This document shows positions 16,428-22,667 of a stretch of DNA of 32,000 bases, one piece after another. The notes beneath the pieces are model-generated. The model worked only from the letters and a program-made list of their open reading frames with translations. It did not search any database and had not been told where the DNA came from. This stretch comes from Candidatus Woesearchaeota archaeon (GTDB lineage Archaea; Nanobdellota; Nanobdellia; Woesearchaeales; GW2011-AR9), in assembly GCA_016203205.1 (NCBI GenBank), contig JACQNE010000014.1, positions 1-32,000 on the forward strand. Direction: 5' to 3'. The first letter of the stretch is position 1. Every line of letters begins with the position of its first letter. The translations under genes were made by a program, and so were the position numbers.

Positions 16428-17130
16428 GAATTTTTTCTTTCATTTTTTCAAATGGATCAAAATCAAATGGAAAGATATCTCCTTCCACATCAAGATATTC
16501 TTTGCCATAGGAAGCGAGATACGGCTGGGAGAAATCGGTGAAGGCACGATCATCTAGGGCAGGAAGTATTCCTTTCTCCCGTTTGACAGCATACGCGAAC
16601 CGCCAGGCGATTCGTTCGTCATAACGATTAAATCCTGCTTGTTGTTGAGAACTAGGAAACTCTGCAAACTGTTTAGAGAAATGCTGTAAAGTTTCAATCA
16701 GATAGGAGGTATGTGAACCTTTCTGCGTAAAAGCAAAATCCTGCTGGACAAGATAATCATACAGGGTCTCGTTAAAAATCGCATGGCCAATCTCGTGCAG
16801 CGCAGCAAGGAGGGAAATTTCCGCTTCAAGAATGCTCGGTACACCTCCGATCTGGATCGTGGCCAGATGAATCTCTGGCTTAGGCAGAACACGGCCTTCT
16901 CTTCGCAACTGGACCTGGAATCTGCTTTCCGCTGGATACAAAGACCATTCTTCACCGACAAGATCGTTGAGACAAAGCATTTTTTTGTCGTGGTAATACT
17001 CAAAAAGAGAACCGCCGGTAGGATTAGATGTATAAATCAAGCGATTGCCGCCGGCATAGGCCACTTCGCCTTCAGCTTTGGCTGGGTAAAATGCCCAGAA
17101 GTCAACATTTATTCCTTGGTGGTCACTCAT
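16405..17130 (-). CDS. HExxH-motif protein (putative zinc metallopeptidase)
   Basis: 241 aa containing LAALHEIGHAIF. Its 3' end overlaps the valS 3' end by 23 nt in convergent orientation. Confidence 0.65.
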   Translation of the reverse strand: MSDHQGINVDFWAFYPAKAEGEVAYAGGNRLIYTSNPTGGSLFEYYHDKKMLCLNDLVGEEWSLYPAESRFQVQLRREGRVLPKPEIHLATIQIGGVPSILEAEISLLAALHEIGHAIFNETLYDYLVQQDFAFTQKGSHTSYLIETLQHFSKQFAEFPSSQQQAGFNRYDERIAWRFAYAVKREKGILPALDDRAFTDFSQPYLASYGKEYLDVEGDIFPFDFDPFEKMKEKILTVVHQS

Positions 17131-17309
17131 TTATTCCTTTTTGGGGCAGGACTTTATAATATGTACTGCAAGAAAAATTCTGGAAAGAATTCTCAAAAAA
17201 CTGCGAAACCAGGCATATCCCTACGAAAGCTTTTTAAGGGGAAAGGTGCTTATAGGAAGAAAGGGGCGTGAAATGTACGTTCTTCAAAAAAATAGTCGAG
17301 GTGTGAATA

Positions 17310-17483
17310 ATGGCAGGAGCAGCTGTAGAAGCATATTGTGTTAAGTGTAAAGCAAAACGCCAGATGGCTGATGCTAAAGAAGTTGCCATGAAAGGAAAAG
17401 GTGGCGTCGCTCGTAGGGCGATGAAAGGCAAGTGTCCAAAATGCGGCACGACGATGTTCCGGATCATGGGCGCTAAAAAGTAA
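17310..17483 (+). CDS. small zinc-ribbon protein (57 aa, DUF5679-like)
   Basis: Translates as MAGAAVEAYCVKCKAKRQMADAKEVAMKGKGGVARRAMKGKCPKCGTTMFRIMGAKK, with CxxC...CxxC. A GAGGTG Shine-Dalgarno-like motif lies 7 nt upstream and a T-rich tract follows. It falls below the ORF-track length cut-off. Confidence 0.65.
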   Translation: MAGAAVEAYCVKCKAKRQMADAKEVAMKGKGGVARRAMKGKCPKCGTTMFRIMGAKK

Positions 17484-17487
17484 AGAG

Positions 17488-17519
17488 TTTTTTACTTTTC
17501 TATTTTTTTTTTATTTTTT
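17488..17519 (+). terminator. oligo-T tracts (archaeal-type terminator candidate)
   Basis: TTTTTTACTTTTCTATTTTTTTTTTATTTTTT lies immediately after the zinc-ribbon gene stop. Confidence 0.35.
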
Positions 17520-17538
17520 CGATGTGGGTTTAGGTTAA

Positions 17539-19263
17539 ATGGCAAGTAATCTCCCAAAACCAAAAGTCATTGTTTGTGGAGCTGGTATTGGCGGCCTGAC
17601 CGTAGCCCACGAATTGGCAAAGAGAAATTTTGCGGTGACTATCTATGAACAAAACAAGATAGTTGGTGGTCTGGCCAGAAGCAGCTACCATACCAAGAAT
17701 AATCAAAAATATCCCACGGAATATTCCTGGCGGGTGTATGGTGCCAATTATAAAAATCTATTACGGTTAATCAATGAGATCCCTTTACGCAGCCGGCGGA
17801 ATAGGTCGGTATTTCATAATTTAGTCCAGGTCTGCACTTATATTTTTCCCAGATTTGGCAAAGAGGAAGTGATCATTTCCCGTGGTAAAAATAAAGGAAA
17901 GTTGATGAACAATTTTAAGACAGGCGACATCTTCAAAATAATCGACAAGATTCTTTACTGCCTGACAATGTCCACCCGCCGGGCGGATTCTCTCGATCAT
18001 ATTAAATGGAAAGATTATTGCCAAGACTTATCACCGGAAGCAAAAAAATACATGATCCAATTATGGGGGCCGGTGCTGGGCATGGACACCACCAAGATGA
18101 GTTTCCCGGTCATTGCGCGGATGGTCGGAATCCTACTTGGCGGATTGATCAATTACCCCAGCCGGCTATATCTGATGAACAAGCCGACAAATGATGGATG
18201 GTTTGACGAGTGGACAGATTATTTACAGAATACACGGAAAGTAAAGATAAAGACCGGTTACAACATCGTTGATTTTAAGATGAAAAACGGAATGATTGAT
18301 CACGTCTTTGTCAACGATCAAGAAAAAAATGAAACGACGAAAGATACTGCCGATTATTATGTCTGCGCCTTGCCGGTGGAAGCTGTCGCCGGCATCGTAT
18401 CCAAGAATCCCCAACTAGCTCAAATCTCCACCCTCCAGAATACGATCAAATTAGCCGAAAAATGCCGGCAGATACAGCTTTCCGTCCAATTATTTTTAGA
18501 TCAGGAGATCATCTATCCCAGCACAGAAAAAGTGATTTTATATCTGCCGGATACGCCTTGGTCGCTGATCATTGAACCGCAGGATCTGATCTGGGGCCGA
18601 ACTTACTGTACGGATCAAGAAGTAAAAGCCGTGCTTTCCGTGGGCATCTGCCAGACCGATAAACCCGGGATTCTGTACAACAAGCCATTCATAAAGTGTA
18701 CTAAAGATGAAATCAAAGAAGAAGTGTGGAGTCAAATCCTAAAATCCTGCCATTTTTCTAGTATTGCGATTAAAAATAAAAGAAAATTGGATAAAGCAAA
18801 CATTGTGTTTTTCTATATCTGGGACAGTTTTCAGTTTGATCGTCAGAAAAAAGAGATGGAAGTGTGGGAGCCTAAATTTAGCAACAACAGTCATTCACTC
18901 AAATATCAGCCGGATCATGCGACAGAAATTCCTAATTTTCTGTTTGCGACGGGATATACTAAAACAGACAGATACATCTACAGCATGGAGTCTGCGGCGG
19001 AAGCAGGCACGCTGTGCGCAAATGAAATTATCAGAAAGCAGAACCAAAAGTCAGGGGAATCGCTGCCTTTAACTAAAATCCATCCTTTTTCCGGATCGAC
19101 GATCATCCTGAAACCCCTGATCTTCCTTGATTCCCTCCTCTACACAATAGGTCTCCCTCATCTTAGCAAATTAACGGTTAATAGTATTTTTCTGGTGGCT
19201 GCCTATGCGCTGATCCTCCTCGGATTGCTGATCTTTTTCGCCCGACTGTTGATTGTAAAATAA
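17539..19263 (+). CDS. FAD-dependent amine-oxidase/phytoene-desaturase-family oxidoreductase with C-terminal membrane anchor
   Basis: 574 aa with the N-terminal dinucleotide-binding motif VCGAGIGGLTVAHELAKRNFAVTIYEQNKIVGGLA. The C-terminal hydrophobic helix reads IFLVAAYALILLGLLIFFARLLI. Confidence 0.8.
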   Translation: MASNLPKPKVIVCGAGIGGLTVAHELAKRNFAVTIYEQNKIVGGLARSSYHTKNNQKYPTEYSWRVYGANYKNLLRLINEIPLRSRRNRSVFHNLVQVCTYIFPRFGKEEVIISRGKNKGKLMNNFKTGDIFKIIDKILYCLTMSTRRADSLDHIKWKDYCQDLSPEAKKYMIQLWGPVLGMDTTKMSFPVIARMVGILLGGLINYPSRLYLMNKPTNDGWFDEWTDYLQNTRKVKIKTGYNIVDFKMKNGMIDHVFVNDQEKNETTKDTADYYVCALPVEAVAGIVSKNPQLAQISTLQNTIKLAEKCRQIQLSVQLFLDQEIIYPSTEKVILYLPDTPWSLIIEPQDLIWGRTYCTDQEVKAVLSVGICQTDKPGILYNKPFIKCTKDEIKEEVWSQILKSCHFSSIAIKNKRKLDKANIVFFYIWDSFQFDRQKKEMEVWEPKFSNNSHSLKYQPDHATEIPNFLFATGYTKTDRYIYSMESAAEAGTLCANEIIRKQNQKSGESLPLTKIHPFSGSTIILKPLIFLDSLLYTIGLPHLSKLTVNSIFLVAAYALILLGLLIFFARLLIVK

Positions 19264-19286
19264 AAATTCCCGAAACCAAAAAACTC

Positions 19287-20336
19287 ATGAAAAAAATCAT
19301 CATCATTGGCGGCGGATTTGCCGGAGCATACATCGCTCGGCAATTAGAATCTGAATTTGCAGTCACTCTATTTGACACCAAAGATTATTTTGAATTCACT
19401 CCTTCTGTACTAAGAACATTGGTCGAGCCAAGACATCTTCCCAAGATCGAAGTGCCGCATCAGGCCTATCTGCAGAAAGCAGTGATCGTCAGAAAACCTG
19501 TGATGGAAGTGGCCGACAATAAAGTTATTGCCGGGGGAATGGAGTATCTCTTTGATTATTTGGTGATCGCCTCAGGATCACGATATACCGTGCCGATCAA
19601 AGAAGAGAACATCGTCATCGCCGCCCGGGGGCGTGACCTACAACAATGGGCGCACCAGTTAGAAAAAGCAAAAAAAGTCTTAATCGTCGGCGGCGGAATC
19701 GTCGGTACGGAATTAGCCGCGGAGATTGTGGACAGATTTCCTGAAAAAGAAATCACGCTGGTTCATTCTAAAAAAGATCTTTTGGACCGGAATCCCCGAA
19801 AAGCCAAAGAATATGCGCGGCGTTTTCTGCAACAGCGCGGGATAAAGCTTATCTTCGAAGAAAAGGTTATTGATACGCAAAAAGAGCGCATTCCTACGGC
19901 AAAAAAATATATCACCAATAAAAGAGGAGAGATTTTCGCCGATCTGGCTTTTCTCTGTACGGGAATCGTTCCCAACTCGGAATTTCTGAAAAAAAACGAA
20001 AAGATCTCCCTTGCTGAAAGCGGCTTTGTGCAAGTAAATGCGCATCTTCAAGTCGCGAACTGTCCAAACATCTTCGCCGCGGGAGATATTACCAATATCA
20101 AAGAAGAGAAAACAGCACAGGCCGCAGAAAAGCAGGCAGAAGTAGTAATAGACAATATTCGCGCACTAGCCGCAGGAAGAAAATTACGAGAGTACGCCTC
20201 AAAAGCACGGCCGATGGTCATCAGCTTGGGAAAATGGAAAGGGATTTTAGTCTATCGCCAGTTTGTCTGGACCGGTTTTTTTCCCGGACTGCTCAAACGG
20301 CTGATCGAGTGGAAGACGATGCACAGGTATCGGTAG
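19287..20336 (+). CDS. FAD/NAD(P)-dependent pyridine nucleotide-disulfide-family oxidoreductase (NDH-2/AIF-like)
   Basis: 349 aa with two Rossmann motifs (IIGGGFAGAY and IVGGGIVGTELA) and the C-terminal FAD motif FAAGDIT. Confidence 0.85.
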   Translation: MKKIIIIGGGFAGAYIARQLESEFAVTLFDTKDYFEFTPSVLRTLVEPRHLPKIEVPHQAYLQKAVIVRKPVMEVADNKVIAGGMEYLFDYLVIASGSRYTVPIKEENIVIAARGRDLQQWAHQLEKAKKVLIVGGGIVGTELAAEIVDRFPEKEITLVHSKKDLLDRNPRKAKEYARRFLQQRGIKLIFEEKVIDTQKERIPTAKKYITNKRGEIFADLAFLCTGIVPNSEFLKKNEKISLAESGFVQVNAHLQVANCPNIFAAGDITNIKEEKTAQAAEKQAEVVIDNIRALAAGRKLREYASKARPMVISLGKWKGILVYRQFVWTGFFPGLLKRLIEWKTMHRYR

Positions 20337-20489
20337 GGGTTAAATAGAGTGGATCATAAAGTTTTGGATAAATAATCCTGTCGTTGACGATATCAGTAAA
20401 ATTATTTTTGAGCGTCATCAAGAGACTAAGAACTTTGGCAAACCCTTCTTTTCCGAAACATTCTTTAACCTTAAGATCATCACTCTTCC

Positions 20490-21203
20490 ATGCGTAAGCA
20501 AAGGCTGGGCGGGATCAAGGCCGTTGGCTTCGATTTTGATGGGACGCTGATCGTCTCCGAAGAGCAGAAAGCAAAAGCAATGGCCGAGATCTTCCGCGAA
20601 CAATTCGGCATCAAAAAAGGAGTGGAAAAAGCCTATGCCTCACTTGTCGGCTCAGCATCGAACCGCCACCAAAAAGTCAATAGTCTTTTTCAGAAGCTGC
20701 TCCATCGCACCCCTACGGTCCGTGAACGGCAATCCGTGGCGAGGGAATTTGGGAAGCATTACCAACGCCACATGAAGATGTGTCCATTGTTTCAGTGCAG
20801 CAATCTCATCAAAGAATTGCGTAAACAAGTCTCTTTTTTGTTTCTGCTTTCCTTGGAAAATAAAAAAGAAGTGACTGCCATCGCACAGCACTGCGGCGTG
20901 GCAAAGCATTTTGATGAGATTCTTGGCGGACCGAAACCGAAGGTAGAAAACTTGCTCCATATCATTAAGAAGCATAAACTAAAGCCCCATCAAGTCCTCT
21001 ACATCGGCGACGCACATTCCGATGTTATTGCCAGCAAGAAAATGAATGTGCGGGTCGTTCTTCTGGGTAAGAAGCACACATACGAACGGCTGAAAGAAGA
21101 CTTGGCAGCAGATTTTGTCTTTAGCTCTTTATGTGATGTGCCAAAAGTTTTTTCTACAATGATACTTGACCGGCTCCGTAGAAAAAGTCATCCTGGCCAT
21201 TGA
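20490..21203 (+). CDS. HAD-superfamily hydrolase (phosphatase-like), C-terminus rewritten by MITE insertion
   Basis: HAD motif I FDFDGTL and motif IV-like GDAHSDV are present. The last 10 codons and the stop (LRRKSHPGH*) lie inside MITE copy C. Confidence 0.8.
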   Translation: MRKQRLGGIKAVGFDFDGTLIVSEEQKAKAMAEIFREQFGIKKGVEKAYASLVGSASNRHQKVNSLFQKLLHRTPTVRERQSVAREFGKHYQRHMKMCPLFQCSNLIKELRKQVSFLFLLSLENKKEVTAIAQHCGVAKHFDEILGGPKPKVENLLHIIKKHKLKPHQVLYIGDAHSDVIASKKMNVRVVLLGKKHTYERLKEDLAADFVFSSLCDVPKVFSTMILDRLRRKSHPGH

Positions 21204-21333
21204 CCGTGGCGAAAACCGGCGCTGTTTCTGATTGCAGATGAGCTATTCCAGTCGCTGGTTTTCGCACCTGTTCCCGTAAATCGTTTCTCACGGTCAATCT
21301 TCAGGCCAAGCAGACGACTTTTTCTACAGAGCC
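21172..21333 (+). mobile_element. MITE-like non-autonomous element, copy C, with perfect 9-bp target-site duplication
   Basis: The ends are GGCTCCGTAGAAAAAGTCATCC ... AGACGACTTTTTCTACAGAGCC. TACTTGACC is present at 21163-21171 and again at 21334-21342. Confidence 0.85.
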
Positions 21334-21392
21334 TACTTGACCGTAATACATAAAAAGGAGAAATCCTTCCTTCCCTAAAAAGAGGTGTGAAC

Positions 21393-21533
21393 ATGGCACT
21401 ATGCAAATGCTTGATGTGCGGCAAGAATTCTTTCCATTATACCTATAAAGGAAAGTGTACCGGCTGTGGCGCCGGCGTGATGACCGCATCGCAAGCGAAA
21501 GCAAAGAAAGCGAAAATGAAAAAAAGGAGATAG
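21393..21533 (+). CDS. small zinc-ribbon protein (46 aa) with Lys-rich tail
   Basis: Translates as MALCKCLMCGKNSFHYTYKGKCTGCGAGVMTASQAKAKKAKMKKRR, with CxCxxC...CxxC. GAGGTG lies 6-7 nt upstream and a T-rich tract follows. It falls below the ORF-track length cut-off. Confidence 0.5.
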   Translation: MALCKCLMCGKNSFHYTYKGKCTGCGAGVMTASQAKAKKAKMKKRR

Positions 21534-21555
21534 AATTTTTTTATTTGTTTAATTT

Positions 21556-22290
21556 TTATTTTTTATTGTTGTGTACTTTCATATTTCTGAGCCTATCAAG
21601 TACTTCCCGTTGGAAGATATAACCTGCTTTCTGATAGGACTGCAAACTCTCATCGTCAAGATCATTGGTATACTGCCAATTCCAGCAAAGAGTTGAAGGA
21701 ACATTAAAGCCATAAAACTGCAAGACTTTTCGTTGGGTGCGTACCACTTCCTTTCCGCGCCAATTCTGGCCGACAACAATAATACCTGCATCAATACTCC
21801 CGACGATATTCTTTTCTTTGAGCGTGCTAAAACGATTTTCAATCCAGCTGAGCCTTTCAATTAAGGTTTGGTAATAGGCATTCATCTGCCCCCACCGCAC
21901 CGAACCAAAGAAAATGACACAGTCGGACTGGAAAAGTTCTTTAGTGATCTTCCACAGATCATCATCTTTGTTATTGATGCTTGCCCAACAGCGATGAAAG
22001 CCAGAAGGGTTCTTGAGCTGATCTTTGAGGACAGCATTTTGTACACCGCAATTATTGCCATCCGCGCGGGAAATGTTTCCCTCACAATGAAATATCTTAA
22101 GGGCAGGAACATTCAGAACCGTCACTTTTTTCTTTCCTATTCTGGCAGCAAGCGCTTCGGCAAGAAGAGTACTCTTTGGCTTTTCTTTATCGCCAGCCCA
22201 GCGATTTGAAGTAGTCAGAAAGAGGATCCTACTTTTCTTCTGGAGATAAGAACAAATGTTCTGGATTTGTGTTGTCATCGTGATTGCCAC
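21556..22290 (-). CDS. flavodoxin-fold NAD(P)H-dependent FMN reductase-like protein
   Basis: 244 aa. ILFLTTSNRWAGDKEKPKS near the N-terminus and FFGSVRWGQMNAYYQTLIERL are typical of flavodoxin-like-fold reductases. Confidence 0.7.
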   Translation of the reverse strand: MAITMTTQIQNICSYLQKKSRILFLTTSNRWAGDKEKPKSTLLAEALAARIGKKKVTVLNVPALKIFHCEGNISRADGNNCGVQNAVLKDQLKNPSGFHRCWASINNKDDDLWKITKELFQSDCVIFFGSVRWGQMNAYYQTLIERLSWIENRFSTLKEKNIVGSIDAGIIVVGQNWRGKEVVRTQRKVLQFYGFNVPSTLCWNWQYTNDLDDESLQSYQKAGYIFQREVLDRLRNMKVHNNKK

Positions 22291-22298
22291 TATTTCTT

Positions 22299-22514
22299 CT
22301 ATTCTAATTGAGCTGGAAGTTGTAAGATATAACCCAAAATGATAAATACAATGCCCAAGAGCGCAAAAACCCGTTCACGGCGGAATTCACGAGTAAAATG
22401 AAGATCTATTTTTTTCTCTTTGGCGACTTGTCGATGAACGAAATAGACGCTCATTCCCAGAAAAAATTCTCCAATAACATTAATTGTAAATCCCAAGACC
22501 TCAATGAAAGACAT
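22299..22514 (-). CDS. small two-helix membrane protein
   Basis: I prefer the start MSFIEVLGF at 22514 because TATAAA lies about 26 nt upstream. There are two hydrophobic helices. The stop is 8 nt upstream of the flavodoxin-like gene. Confidence 0.45.
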   Translation of the reverse strand: MSFIEVLGFTINVIGEFFLGMSVYFVHRQVAKEKKIDLHFTREFRRERVFALLGIVFIILGYILQLPAQLE

Positions 22515-22667
22515 TGTGAGAGGTAGTGGACAAGGATTTATAATATTATCCCATCGCACCATTCGGTCGTTCCGCAGCAAGCAACGAGGTATTGAACCAA
22601 GTGAGCAATGAACCAAAAATACAGCATATACCTCACCTTAAAATAGGGAGCGCCGTCTTCTCTGCAG

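Noticed and set aside
21146-21162. AAGTTTTTTCTACAATG just left of copy C resembles the MITE right end GACTTTTTCTACAGAG.
   Set aside because: It is only about 10 contiguous matches, and it encodes conserved-looking HAD residues (KVFSTM). It is probably coincidence, or at most a target preference.
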